From a virus, in IMG/VR virus record IMGVR_UViG_3300050343_000185: a DNA stretch of 64,000 bases, one strand, 5' to 3'. Numbering within the stretch: the first letter of the stretch is position 1; each line of letters begins with the position of its first letter. The position numbers were made by a program, and so were the translations under genes. The notes beneath the pieces are model-generated. The model was not told the origin of the DNA. It saw only the letters and a program-made list of their open reading frames with translations, and did not search any database. Positions 1-11,899 of the stretch are shown here, piece by piece.

Positions 1-3000
1 AGTGTTGTATTGACTATCTTTAAAGTAGAAATTTCTTCCAACAAACTTTGTTCCTTTGTATGAAGATGTGTCACTGATATTATTTCCTGTTAATTTATTT
101 CCAGGACCCAGTGGAGGTGCGCTAAAGATAATATTATCACCACTTACTGTATATGCAACTCCTGGTTCTTGTAAAATCCCATTAAGAGTAACAATCAAAC
201 TTTCAGCATTAACTGGAGTAAATGCTAGTCCTGTATCATCTAATACCTGGAAAGATGTTGTTCCTTGTAATCTACCATCAGTATCAAAATATCCATCAAA
301 TGGAGCACTGAGAGTAAAGGAGAAAGCACGAGTTTCATTAAAGTTAAATTCAGAAGTAGCAGCAGAACCTTGTCCAGTACGTATTCTTGTATTTTTAACA
401 GTTTGAATAGTTTGAGTCGTTACTTGCTTTGTGCTTTCAACAGTAATTTTGTTTTTATTTGGATCCCATAGTTGAATGATTGAGAAAGTATCTGCTTTTC
501 TTTCGCCAGCAGATGGCATTTCAGATTTTGCATCTGTCTCAACATCAACTTGACCAAATAATTTAAATCCAGCAGGGTGTGTGGTAGATTTAATTAAATC
601 TCTCCACTGTTCAATAGAAGTTTTTGATTTAACAACGTAAGAGTAATCCTGATAGAAAAAACTATCAGTTAATTTTTGATTTGCTGCTCCAAGTCTTCCT
701 TTATCAGAAGTGTAGTAACCTAGGTTATCATACGTAGCTTTAGTTGTTGTATTAAATGTTGTAATGAATACCTTCTTAACTACACCAGAAGCACCAGATA
801 TAAAACCAACTACAGGAACATTTTCTCTGATAATACCGACAACTTTTTCAATTTTAATTAAATTTGATCCCTGCCTATATTCAGAAACTACTGCTCTGGA
901 AACTTCTACCCCGTTAATTGACTGAGTTAAAATTTCTCCTTTTTGGTATCCACCGCTGAAATTTTTCAACGCCAAAGTATATTTTGAAGTTACGGTTGAC
1001 GCTACGGTTTCATCTAAATGGTAACCAGCTCCATTGTTTATAATTCTTACACTTTGAGGAATTCCAATACTTTCACTTTCAGCATATAAATTTACCGCAG
1101 ATTCAATTATTACAATCTCAGGAGCATATGTGTAACCGATACCCGGACTTTTAACAGTAATTGAAAACAACTCACCATTACGTTGAATTACATTAAAATC
1201 TGCACCAGTTCCATCGGAATTAGTAATAATAACTTTGGGATTTACATAATTTGATCCAACATTGTCTATGTTAACACTAGTAATAATATTAGCAGATGTA
1301 TCAAATAAAACTGTTGCTGATCCTCTATATGGTTCTGAAGGATCGCAACCTACAACTAATGGAACTTTTTTGTAGTTTTGTCCTAAATTTATTATTTTGA
1401 CATCGTTAATTTCACCAATAGCAAATTGACCACTGGTGGTATACGAAATAGATCCAGAACCATCCCAAAGAGGAGTGCTTAAAACATCATATACGAAACG
1501 ATTTCTTGTGACATAATTAAGTCTCTTTGTTCCTTGTAGTGGATCATCAATAACTTGTAAGTATGCTCCTTCTGCGTTTACAATACCATTTTTATCAAAG
1601 TAATAAAAATTAAGAAAATCTGTTCCTACTTTAGTATTATAAGTATTTTGCGATAGAGCAGAACCAAATCCAAATTTAATTGTTGTTGATGATCCAGAAT
1701 TACCTGGTAAAATTGTAGTAGCAAGTTTTTCTGTAGTTAATAGATTATAACTTTTACTTGGACTCATATCAAAATATGTTCCAATCAAAGAAGAATGCGA
1801 AGTATCAAAAACATACTTATAAAACTCTTGTACATTAATATTTGGATTTGGTGTAAATGTAGTATTGTCTTCTGAGAATTCAAATTTAAAATCAATATCT
1901 CTAACCGAAACAATAGATACTAATCTTTGTTGACTGCTTTCATCAAAAAATGTTGTACTTAATGTTATTGTTTCTGCTTCTCGCTTATCGATACTGTAAT
2001 CAAATACGATAGTAGCATTTTGAGTATTCAAATCATACGACTGAATATATCCACTACCATTCGCAGAAGTAATTTTAAAATTATCTGAAAAATTATATCT
2101 AGGTTTGTATAATGAGAGAGATCCCCCATTGTAGTGATCTACTGCGATAGTTTCTTCTACAGATCGAATTACTGTTAGTATATTGCTATTGATAGCAGAA
2201 ATTTCTACAATCTCAGATCCAATACTTACTAAATCTCCTACAGCAAATCCTTTTGAAGTTTTAACTTCAATAGTAGTAGCGTTGAATGAAACACCTGCAT
2301 GATCAACATATAATGCTAATCTGGAAGAACTTAAAGATGCTCCTGATCTTTGTAGTTGATCATCATCTACACCAAGGTAATCTCCTCTCTTATAATCAGT
2401 ACCACCATTTGTAATAGTGATACTACTAACGACTCCGGTAGTAGATACTATAATGTCCGCAATAGCACCAGAACCAGAACCTCCTGTGATTGGAATATCT
2501 GTATATGTTCCTGGTGTATAATCTGCCCACCATTTAAATTGGTAAATCTACCAATACCATTAAAATTAATCGTTGTTGTATTAGACGGTGGTCTGAATGT
2601 TACTTGCTGATATAATCTTTTCCTGATGTAATAAATTTTAGTTTTTACTGCATCGTCTGGAAATATATTAATATCAACAGAGTCTCCAATTGCTAATCCA
2701 TGATCTTCTGTAGTTTCCACTAAAGCAACACTTTGATTTACTTCAAATGGTTCTAGATTATCACTTAACGAAACTAATGTGATAATTTTAGATCCAGATG
2801 TGTTGAACAGATTATCTGACTGAATATAATAATCATCATCAACAATCCATACACCAGATAATACTTTAATAGTAACTGTATTCTGTCTGCTAGTTCCTTC
2901 TAGAATTTCAGCAGTAGCAATTGCTGGATTAACACCATCAGTTAAACTTAAGGTGGCACCTTTTGTATATGAACTATCTTGATCAATAGTAAGAATAAAG

Positions 3001-6000
3001 GTTTTAATGTCAGCTGAAAAAGTTCCAGTGTTATTGAAAGTTCCTACTACATTTTTAAGTACAATCAAGTTGTCGTTAGAAACAGTTCCTACAATAGAAC
3101 CAGATGCTCCACTTGCTGGTTGTCTTAATGTGTCATCTACAAATAAGAAAGCATTTTGAATAGTTGTTAGTTTTACAACTTTATCTTCTTTACTCTGTAA
3201 GTAATTGACACTTTTTCCTTTAACCGAAGATACTAATGCATTAACATCTTTTCCTTCAGTTCCCAAATTATCAAAGTATAACTGTGAATTTACGGAGAAA
3301 TTGCTAGAAGAACTATCAATAGCAATAGTATCTACAGTTCCCGATCGTACTTCTGAAATAGTAGCTACTAATCCATCACCATTACCCAGCATCCCTGGAG
3401 TAAAAAATCTTTTAGCATTTTTGGGAATATCGTTTTGATTAATTCTAGTAGTGTAATTACTATCTACTGGCAGAGAATAGTATTTGTCTCCCAAAACATA
3501 TGGAAACTGTGGTACTTGACTACTATTAATAGTAATAAAATACGCATATGTTCCATTAGGGAAATCGGGGGTAATACAAAAACGACCATTGTTTTCATCC
3601 AAGGATCCACTTTTGTGTGAATAAACATAGTCATTGATAAAGGATCCTAATGGATACTCTATTGGAGAAGGACCATCTTGTCTATTTCCAGATAAAGAAT
3701 AACTAGAAGTCATTCTTACAATTGAGGAAGACTGATCTAATGGATTTTCATGTCCAAATGGACCATAGATTGGATTGCCGTCATACGCAAATCCTAAAAT
3801 AGGAGAATGCGTTTTGTTTGCTGGTTCTGTATCTGCAGAATTTAAATTATCATTTAATTGAATCCTAAGTGCTTTTGGATTCGCAACTTGACCATATCCA
3901 TATTCAAGAACATTGTTTATGTTTTCAAAAACATAACCATATTGCTTGTCTAAATTTGTTTCTAGTTTAGAATAGCGGTTTTTATTCCATTCTTTTAGTA
4001 GTGGTGTTACTTCAGCACCTGTTCCAACAGGAATAATTTCTACTTCGATGTTCTGTTGTGTGTATAGTGTACCACTGGCAACTTTAACAAAGTCTACAAT
4101 AGATCCATCTCTATCAATTACTGTGTTATATTCAGCAAACCTTCCTTTACCAACTTTATCAATAATTCTTACAATAGGTGGTGTTGAATAAAACTTGCCA
4201 GGATTTTCTACGACTATACTAGTTACTTCTCCACCTGTTACAACTGCTCTAGCAACACCATCTCTTCCCGAAGTAATCTCTACAGTGGGAGTAACTGGGA
4301 ATGCGATGTCTGTATCAACAATAATACTATCAACAACATTACCAACCATCTGTGCTCTTGCTCTTCCAGCAAGACCATCTACTATAACAAATGGAGGATT
4401 GATATATCCACGTCCTCTATTATCTACACGAATTTCTTCTAGTTTTCCGAAACGTAAACTTTCCGAATCTTTATATCCATAAATGGGAACACCATTTAAT
4501 AAGATACCAACATCTCTTTTTTGTGTTTTATAAATCTTCTGTTGTTGCTACAGGAGTTTTTCTAAGGATTCTAAGTATTTTTTGATCCTGAACAGGTTGT
4601 GCGATAATAGGACCATCAAAAATATTATATGACGGATAACTAGAAGATGTGATATAGTAATACTGATCATCTGCAAAAATAGCAGATACATTATTGGAAA
4701 CACCAGCAAGTGATTGTTCTACTGGTGTATTAGTACCAGATGTTACTGATGTTCCAGTGTCTTGAATCCACCTAAGTTGATTAGTTCCAGTCAGAACAAT
4801 TCTAGGATCCGATGTTTTAAATCCGGGTTGAGATACTTGTATAGCATCATTTGTGAACGAATACGGTTTGGAAACATCAGGCAAAGCATCATAAACAACA
4901 CCTAACGTTAGCAATGTAACATCAGAACCTTCAATTGTAACTGGTTTATAAACAAACTCACCTTGAGAATGTGGTACAGATAAACTTCTTTCACTGACAA
5001 TAAACTGAGTTATTGTTTTATCTGAAAACTTAATAATTTCATTGCCAATTAAAATTTCTCCAATAGAACTCCATCCCATCGTAGAAAATACATTAACTCT
5101 ATCACCAACTCCAAGAGATGAAGTGCTATAGCATTTTCTAATTTAGTTTTTGTTGAAATTTGAAATTCGCCATTGACAGTTTCTGGAGCAACAACAATAT
5201 TCCAGATTACTTCACCATCAATTGTACCTTGAGCAATAACATTATCTACAGTAGCAGATGCATATCCATAATCCTCTGTTGGAGACTGTACTATTTTCTT
5301 GCCAATTAAGTCTTTTGGATTTCCTGATACTACTTTTACCTTAAGGGCATATACATTAATCCAATCAGATTCAGATGATTTGTATGTAAATTCTCTTGGG
5401 TGATATACTTCTGGTTTGTTTTCTACATCATCAGATACAATAGTATTAAAAATAAATTTAATAGAATCATCTGTTCCTTTTGCTTTGTAGAACTTCTGAA
5501 TATTTTTAATCAGCGTTCTTTTATCTACCTCTCCCCTAAGATACTTTTCTGGGAATGATCCAAGGTATTGATTTTCAAAATTTCTTACAAAAGCATATAA
5601 GAATAGATTACTGATGTTATATACTTCAGCACCTGCTAAATGCTCTGTTGCTGTTGTACTAGAAAAATTAGAAGCATTATACAAGTCTCCTAACTTAGTA
5701 TTACCGCTTACTCCTCTAGAGCATTTAGTAATTGGTTACTAGTGCGACTTTCATAGAAAATAATTTCGTCATCAATTCTTACATATCCATTTTTCTCTGG
5801 AAAAGACTGAGCATCTACAAGAAGAATTGTTGTATCACTAATGTTAACGTTAGTAACGATAGAATCTTTCTGATTAAGTAGATTTTTTTCGTAATAATCG
5901 ATGTCAGCATATTTTTGGATGTTACTTAAAACATCCAAGGGACCACCCTGTACTTCCTGTGCTTCGTAATACTTCTCTACAAACTTACCAAATAGTTCAT

Positions 6001-6073
6001 ATTCAGAAGAAATGAATTCTGGAAGTTGTGATTCAATTAGAGTAGAAATTCTTTTAGTCTTTACAGAAGGCAT
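1..6073 (-). CDS. Giant baseplate wedge/structural protein (gp7-like of cyanomyoviruses), split by several indels and running off the left edge
   Basis: Starts MPSVKTKRISTLIESQLPEFISSEY directly after gp6; fragments 5708-6073, 5049-5684, 4528-5079 and 2448-4349 read as one continuous protein with repeated GxGY beta-rich motifs. Confidence 0.75.
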
Positions 6074-6078
6074 TTACT

Positions 6079-7875
6079 TTACTCTTTGTATGCAGTGAAC
6101 GATGAATTGGCAACGTCAACGTCAAGGTATACCTCACGGAGTGCCTTGATATCATTAAGAAGTGGTTTTACTCTAACAGAAATGCGGTTGTCAAAGAATG
6201 ATCCTTTTATGATAGTAAGAGCATACATTTTCAACTCACCTTTTTCATAATCAATATCCCCAACATTACTGTCTAGAACAACTTTTTCGCCGGTTACGCT
6301 ATCTATTCTATATAGGACAATTTTGCCATCCCTATCTTCCAAATACACATCAAATGTTGGGTATTCTGTTACTCTAAAAGCAGTTGATGACAGGGTGGGT
6401 TCGTCACAATCTTTATCGAAAGCATTTTGAAAACATACTTCATAATAGAAAGTAGAATTGAGACTAGGATAAAAATCCTTCCTCATAGTTACTTCTGTTA
6501 AATTTGAATTGATTGATGGGTCTGCGTCATCAATTACACTGACTAACTTACTAAATCTAAACTTGCCATTAAATTTCTCTATATCAGAAACGTCAAGATA
6601 TGATTGTACAGAATTAATTGTTTTATCTCTAATCTGTGCTGGTTTTAAATCTGTTGCCTCACCACTGTAATAAACCTTAGAAGTTAACTCAACAAACAAA
6701 ATTGATGGATCTACAATAACTGGTCTTACCGAAGCAACCATGTACTTCTTTAGATCTTCGATAATTTCTTGTTTTGTTAATGATGTAAGGAAAGAAGCAT
6801 CAGTTGGTTTTAATACAATAAAAACTTTACCATACTCTGGTGGGTCTTGGTCTTCGCCGCCAAAAATAATAATATCACTTACTGATGGATATACTTTACG
6901 AATGATAGCAGAGTAATCTTGAGCAGTTACAGCACGATCCTGTGTGCCATACATTTTTGGAGCATTTCTCTTAATGTTCTTAATAGACTCTTTATCTTCT
7001 CCACCTGTAGAAGCTTCTACATTAGTAATGGCAGTACTAAATGCGTTTGGAGATACACCATTTGGATTTTCAATAACTCCAGAAAACACAAATGTCTTAA
7101 CACCGTTGGACTCTGGTCCTGATGTTGTAATGTAAGATACTTCTACTCTAGATCCGTTATCAACTTTCTTACCTAAAACACCATCACCCAATAAAATTTC
7201 GTATCTATCATCTTCGATCTCTTCAATGAAGAAAACTTTTGATGTAGAATCAACGTTTAGGATATTATCAGCAACGAGATATGACTCATTGAAATTACTA
7301 CCAGAAGGATATACCTTCACTCTAATAGTATTAGTGTCAATGTTTTGGTTGTCAAGAACAAATCTTTGTGATTTTAATGATGTGTTAACAGTAAATGTGT
7401 TGAGAATCTGTGTTCCTTCTCTAACTTCAACATTATCAAATGTCGCAACGTTGTTAACTACTTGTCCTGTTACATCCTCTAATGTGATGTATTGATAAAT
7501 GTTGTTGTCAAACGAACTAATAAATCCTGTTCCTTTCTTCAGTAGGAGTTCAGTATCAGTTGTTGATGTTCCATAACTTACGTTAAAAGAAATATACGCA
7601 GTAGGAGAGGTGATACCTTTGGGTCTGTATCCTAATTGCTTCGCAATCGCTACTACGTTGTCTCTTAAGGTGGCAGAATCAATGAATAGTTCATTGACTA
7701 CCAGATTAGCATTAAACGCCGTATAATACGTATTATAGGCAAGTGTGTCAATTAATGTTGATAGGACTGATCCATCAAAATCATAGTCAGTAAAATCTGA
7801 CTGTGCTCTGATATATTCTTTCAGAGCAACTTTGATATCTTCAAAGTCTAAATTAGCAACCTGAGTATATGGCAT
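6079..7875 (-). CDS. gp6: Baseplate wedge subunit gp6
   Basis: N-terminal LDFEDIKVALKEYIRAQSDFTDYDFDGS and QDRAVTAQDY motifs typical of T4 gp6; follows gp25. Confidence 0.93.
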   Translation of the reverse strand: MPYTQVANLDFEDIKVALKEYIRAQSDFTDYDFDGSVLSTLIDTLAYNTYYTAFNANLVVNELFIDSATLRDNVVAIAKQLGYRPKGITSPTAYISFNVSYGTSTTDTELLLKKGTGFISSFDNNIYQYITLEDVTGQVVNNVATFDNVEVREGTQILNTFTVNTSLKSQRFVLDNQNIDTNTIRVKVYPSGSNFNESYLVADNILNVDSTSKVFFIEEIEDDRYEILLGDGVLGKKVDNGSRVEVSYITTSGPESNGVKTFVFSGVIENPNGVSPNAFSTAITNVEASTGGEDKESIKNIKRNAPKMYGTQDRAVTAQDYSAIIRKVYPSVSDIIIFGGEDQDPPEYGKVFIVLKPTDASFLTSLTKQEIIEDLKKYMVASVRPVIVDPSILFVELTSKVYYSGEATDLKPAQIRDKTINSVQSYLDVSDIEKFNGKFRFSKLVSVIDDADPSINSNLTEVTMRKDFYPSLNSTFYYEVCFQNAFDKDCDEPTLSSTAFRVTEYPTFDVYLEDRDGKIVLYRIDSVTGEKVVLDSNVGDIDYEKGELKMYALTIIKGSFFDNRISVRVKPLLNDIKALREVYLDVDVANSSFTAYKE

Positions 7876-8267
7876 TATCGTGTGCGCTCTAAGAAGAATT
7901 CTACTGCTACTGGTGTATCGTCTCTACCTACGATCGTATACGATAATTCAACTTCATATCCATTACTCATTTCATCTGGTATGCAGTTAATAGTATTAAC
8001 ACGAATTCGTGGTTCGTAACGATTTAATACATCTGCGATCTCTGATCTGAGAATACCAGCACTACCATAATCTAATGGTTCAAATAATATATTTTGAATA
8101 TCACAACCCAATTCCGGTTGAAATGGTCTTTCTCCCTTCCTAGTAAGGAGTAAGGCAGTAATCGATTGAACGATAGCTGCCTTATCTTTTACCGTTACTA
8201 AATCATCACTTACAGGATGCTTCTTAAAGGTAATACTCAGATCTTTAAATGTCTGAAAGGTCGGCAT
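7875..8267 (-). CDS. gp25: Baseplate wedge subunit gp25
   Basis: LLTRKGERPFQPELGC and LNRYEPRI motifs; late-promoter core ATAAATA upstream near 8293. Confidence 0.93.
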   Translation of the reverse strand: MPTFQTFKDLSITFKKHPVSDDLVTVKDKAAIVQSITALLLTRKGERPFQPELGCDIQNILFEPLDYGSAGILRSEIADVLNRYEPRIRVNTINCIPDEMSNGYEVELSYTIVGRDDTPVAVEFFLERTR

Positions 8268-8297
8268 CTAGACACAGCAGTAGGCTGTTACTATTTA

Positions 8298-8489
8298 TCA
8301 CTTACCAACGAATCCATCCGCCCATTCTTGAGAATCAAAAACCTCTTCGTTCTTTGCTTTGTTGCGATTACGTTTCGCTGACATGTTTAGATACTTATCA
8401 CTATCAGTCTCGGTGATAAGTGTCATACCTTCATTAACAAAGTCATCGCCTTTGTCAACTGATCCGTCTAATCGATTAGGGTGTCCCAT
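8298..8489 (-). CDS. Small hypothetical protein (MGHPNRLDGS...)
   Basis: Likely start at internal Met of the 8298-8537 ORF; abuts neighbours. Confidence 0.55.
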   Translation of the reverse strand: MGHPNRLDGSVDKGDDFVNEGMTLITETDSDKYLNMSAKRNRNKAKNEEVFDSQEWADGFVGK

Positions 8490-9135
8490 TTTGTTTCTCC
8501 TTTTGTGTTTGCCAAAAATAATCATCGGTGTCTCCAAGGCGTCCCCAGTCCGTTCCTGACTCTACTTGGTATTCTATGGTAGATACTTTAAAGTCGGGGA
8601 ACTTGGGTTCCTCAGGGGTGATAGAGAGGTCATACAGACGCATCCTGTTATTAGGATACAATGCATACTGACCATTGTTCAATGCGATACAATTATGTGA
8701 TTTGTGCTCTTGTGGCACTTCACTTACATTGTTATCTATTACATCTGGATTTGCGTGGTAGTTATCAAGTGTAAACAAGTATTGTCCCTTCATAAGACCA
8801 TGATCTCTAGTGAAGACCTCACAATCCATTGATGAGACAAATCCTTTGTTGATTGCCATGACACCATAATCCATGCAATTCCAGAATTGTAGATTCTCCA
8901 AACTCATGTCTATGACTGGGGTTTCGGGGGATCGTACAAACGCACTAATGGGTAGTTTGTCATACATTGCTCCATATGTGGGTAAGTATGTCTCAAAGTA
9001 AAAAGCACGCCCAGGTATGCTTTTAGCAGCAACCCAGACGCCCTCAACAAACTCCCCATGTCCATCTTGATGATCTCGTAAGTATTCCCTACGAACCCAA
9101 ACTTTCTCTGCAGGAAGATTGCAAATTAAATTCAT
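8476..9135 (-). CDS. Cyanomyovirus hypothetical protein
   Basis: Intact 219 aa ORF with ATGA overlap to the upstream gene. Confidence 0.7.
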   Translation of the reverse strand: MNLICNLPAEKVWVRREYLRDHQDGHGEFVEGVWVAAKSIPGRAFYFETYLPTYGAMYDKLPISAFVRSPETPVIDMSLENLQFWNCMDYGVMAINKGFVSSMDCEVFTRDHGLMKGQYLFTLDNYHANPDVIDNNVSEVPQEHKSHNCIALNNGQYALYPNNRMRLYDLSITPEEPKFPDFKVSTIEYQVESGTDWGRLGDTDDYFWQTQKEKQNGTP

Positions 9136-9281
9136 CCCCTACCTTGTCCTCTGTAACGCTTCTTAGCACTATTGCGTGACGTAGGTGTATACTTGGTGTG
9201 CTTACCACGTCCTTGACGAGTACGCTTCGGTCGAGACTCAATCGTCTCAGCACCTGATAATCCAACTCTACTCTTTGCCAT
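9132..9281 (-). CDS. Small, very basic 49 aa protein (MAKSRVGLSGAETIESRPKRTRQGRGKHTKYTPTSRNSAKKRYRGQGRG)
   Basis: Translated by hand, absent from the ORF track; TGA overlaps the next ATG; TATAAT-like -10 at 9306-9311. Confidence 0.7.
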   Translation of the reverse strand: MAKSRVGLSGAETIESRPKRTRQGRGKHTKYTPTSRNSAKKRYRGQGRG

Positions 9282-9335
9282 TGCTTTTTATCGTTTGACC
9301 TTTGTATTATAGCACATCAAACAGGAATCGTCATC

Positions 9336-9701
9336 TTAACCCGCAGGAACCGCAGGAATAATTGGAGCATCACCAAGAAAGACCGAATGCGATCCTGTAA
9401 GGACCCTAGAACCAAATCCAACACCGGGAGGGAGTGCTACGATATCACTTAGTCCAACAACTGCTGCTGGACCTCCTCCTATCCATACTGTAGCATGTCC
9501 TGTGAGAATTACATCCGGATGTATCGGTGGTGGTGGAAATGTAGGAATCGTATGTGGGATAAACGTATTACCTACATGATGTGCTGGTCTTCCATTAATT
9601 AAAACATTTGCAGCAAATCCTTCTGGTGCTGGTTTCGGAATTGGTACTGGATGAGAATCATGGTTACTATATGATCCAAGTAACCCTACTAACATCACCA
9701 T
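9336..9701 (-). CDS. PAAR-domain tail spike tip protein (gp5.4-like)
   Basis: His-rich metal-site motifs (HDSHP, PAHHVG, IPH, HPD), NVLINGRPA, TVWIGGGPAA, GSHSVFLG. Confidence 0.8.
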   Translation of the reverse strand: MVMLVGLLGSYSNHDSHPVPIPKPAPEGFAANVLINGRPAHHVGNTFIPHTIPTFPPPPIHPDVILTGHATVWIGGGPAAVVGLSDIVALPPGVGFGSRVLTGSHSVFLGDAPIIPAVPAG

Positions 9702-10822
9702 TAGTCAAATGCCCCTGGTTCATTAACAGCGGTTCTATTTAGAAGAAATTGTATACGATCCGGCACAAAATCACCGTTATACCTTACAGGCCAATAAAAA
9801 TACCATATATTATTTGATAAGTTAGAAGCAAACGTTTCTAATCCAACTTTACCGTATTCAACTAGTCCTGTTGCTACATCATCCGGAATTAGCACGTCAG
9901 GTATAATAACAGTAGTACATGAAACCTTAAGTGTAATTACTACGGTGTCAAGTTGACTACTTTTAACTTCAGCAATTGTTCCTACTGTACGTTTAGAACC
10001 CCTAGGTTTTGTTAGTTCATCCCATTTAGGACTACCAGAGTTTTTCGCATCAAATTCTTCGTCACTTATCGCAAGCAGATCATAACTAGCGTTCGGCGTC
10101 GTGTTCTTAAAACCTGATTCAAAAGTCGGATACCCGTTCTTCTTATCGATAACTAACGGTTCTCCAAATTTTGGTATAATCGCAGGGTTCTGTCTCCAAA
10201 CACCATCACCCCTTATATGAAGAAGCTCGGAGTCACTTTCCTCCAGATCCGGCATGTTATACTGTGGTGCATTTATAATTGTCAATTCTTGATCATAAAA
10301 AGGAAACTCAGAAACATAGCCCCGGATAGTAGATATACCTACGTACCCTAAGAACAACACAGGAGGCACTACATCGTTCGTAAGTATGATTCCGGGGTCA
10401 ATGTTCGGATATAGTCTGCCATCGTCTCCATGACCCCATGCGCTTACTCTGATTGCCTCATCGTATGGTGTCTCCTCATACTCTGGTAGATACTCACCAT
10501 CTTCCTCAGCATCTCTTGGCCATAGATCAATACGTTCTACCGTAACATTCATAGTGAGTATACGTTCATCCTCAAATGCTGGAACCATCCAGATCTGAGT
10601 ACTCTTTATCTCTTCCCATATTACCCACGGTGGGGTCTCTGAAAATAATCCTAACTCTAACCCAGAAAATACTGCCTGTGAATTTTTTGGATAAAATCTT
10701 CCAGCATAAAACGGTACGCCATTATAATCGGTGAGCTCCTCTAACTTATTGAAGTCGGAAATCTCGATCGGACCAATACCGCCCATCGATGGTGCTAAGA
10801 AATTAATCCATGGTACTGCCAC
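9701..10822 (-). CDS. Hypothetical acidic 373 aa protein coupled to PAAR
   Basis: Intact ORF with 1-nt overlaps at both ends. Confidence 0.7.
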   Translation of the reverse strand: MAVPWINFLAPSMGGIGPIEISDFNKLEELTDYNGVPFYAGRFYPKNSQAVFSGLELGLFSETPPWVIWEEIKSTQIWMVPAFEDERILTMNVTVERIDLWPRDAEEDGEYLPEYEETPYDEAIRVSAWGHGDDGRLYPNIDPGIILTNDVVPPVLFLGYVGISTIRGYVSEFPFYDQELTIINAPQYNMPDLEESDSELLHIRGDGVWRQNPAIIPKFGEPLVIDKKNGYPTFESGFKNTTPNASYDLLAISDEEFDAKNSGSPKWDELTKPRGSKRTVGTIAEVKSSQLDTVVITLKVSCTTVIIPDVLIPDDVATGLVEYGKVGLETFASNLSNNIWYFYWPVRYNGDFVPDRIQFLLNRTAVNEPGAFD

Positions 10823-11049
10823 TATACTGTCCTCGCAACCTGTAGTAAGTCTTTCTTGATACCTTCGATATTATTATGAAGATAATCTAATGTCTCTGAG
10901 AGACTCTCGTGCTCAGATTCCGTGGGACGACGATACATCAATCGTGGTCGCTCCAGCTGCGATATCCGTTGGTCCAGGCTCGTCAACTTCTCGGACAGCT
11001 TCAGGAGTTGACTCTCCAACTTCTGCTGCTGCTGTAACAACTCTTCCAT
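10822..11049 (-). CDS. Small coiled-coil protein (MEELLQQQQKLESQ...)
   Basis: GAGGAG Shine-Dalgarno upstream of the ATG at 11049; heptad pattern. Confidence 0.55.
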   Translation of the reverse strand: MEELLQQQQKLESQLLKLSEKLTSLDQRISQLERPRLMYRRPTESEHESLSETLDYLHNNIEGIKKDLLQVARTV

Positions 11050-11164
11050 CGTTTTGATCTCCTCTGTTGAATGCTTCTGATGCCCTCGACTCAAATGCGT
11101 CACAGAATGCATCGAAATTATTTAATATACTATCGAAATTTTTAAACTCGTCTTTTTCAGGCAT
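10913..11164 (-). CDS. Hypothetical protein (MPEKDEFKNF...)
   Basis: First ORF after late-promoter core CTAAATA at about 11222-11228; overlaps the next ORF. Confidence 0.55.
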   Translation of the reverse strand: MPEKDEFKNFDSILNNFDAFCDAFESRASEAFNRGDQNDGRVVTAAAEVGESTPEAVREVDEPGPTDIAAGATTIDVSSSHGI

Positions 11165-11350
11165 TTTTTTGCTGGGAAATTTTTTTGGGTTTCAAGGTTT
11201 TGAAAAAACCATTTTCAAAAATATTTAGTGGTCGTCTGGATACTTTTGTAGGTTAGGAGGGACCCATGGATTTTCGCTTGGCGCATCGCTAAGGGCGCTA
11301 GGGGGGGCAATATACAGTCCGTAGACTGTCCACCCCTGTCCCCGCTGTGA

Positions 11351-11620
11351 TCACAACTCTGCTAGCATCTCATTCATCTCATCAGCGTCGATCTCTGGAT
11401 TGTCCCATGCCACGCCGTCTGCTGTCTTGCAGAGCATACGACCGATCTGCCCCTCACACATGCAACGTTGGAACTTGTCCCATGGTGTCTCGTCCTCACT
11501 GCAGAACTTCACACATGCCTTTGCTGTGTTGTAGAGGAACTCATCGTTACCGATCCACAGCGACACGTTCCATGTCTCGTAGTTTGCCCAACCGTTGTAC
11601 GTGGTGTCGGTTGCTGTCAT
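11351..11620 (-). CDS. Early hypothetical protein (TYNGWANYETWNV motif)
   Basis: Intact ORF directly downstream of an early promoter. Confidence 0.7.
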   Translation of the reverse strand: MTATDTTYNGWANYETWNVSLWIGNDEFLYNTAKACVKFCSEDETPWDKFQRCMCEGQIGRMLCKTADGVAWDNPEIDADEMNEMLAEL

Positions 11621-11672
11621 GTGATGTCCTTTGTTTGGTATGTGCTTATTGTAGACCCTAGAGGGGCGTTGC

Positions 11673-11899
11673 CTATGCCAGCAGTGCCAGCTCCTGGGTT
11701 GTCACACTGCTGATGTCCTCTCCTTCATAGACCCGCACCCATGGGATGGGTTGACCAGAGGTGAGACGCCAGATCATCTGATCTCCCTCTTGCTCCTGCT
11801 GTCTGATCGCTGCGATACGGTAGGCACCGCAATGGTGGGTGAGTAGTCTGCACCGTACTCGTCAAAGGTGCCGAATGAAGTGGGTTGGACTGCGAACAT
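11673..11899 (-). CDS. Small early hypothetical protein, one indel
   Basis: MFAVQPTSFGTFDEYG... continues in a shifted frame; promoter immediately upstream. Confidence 0.45.
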
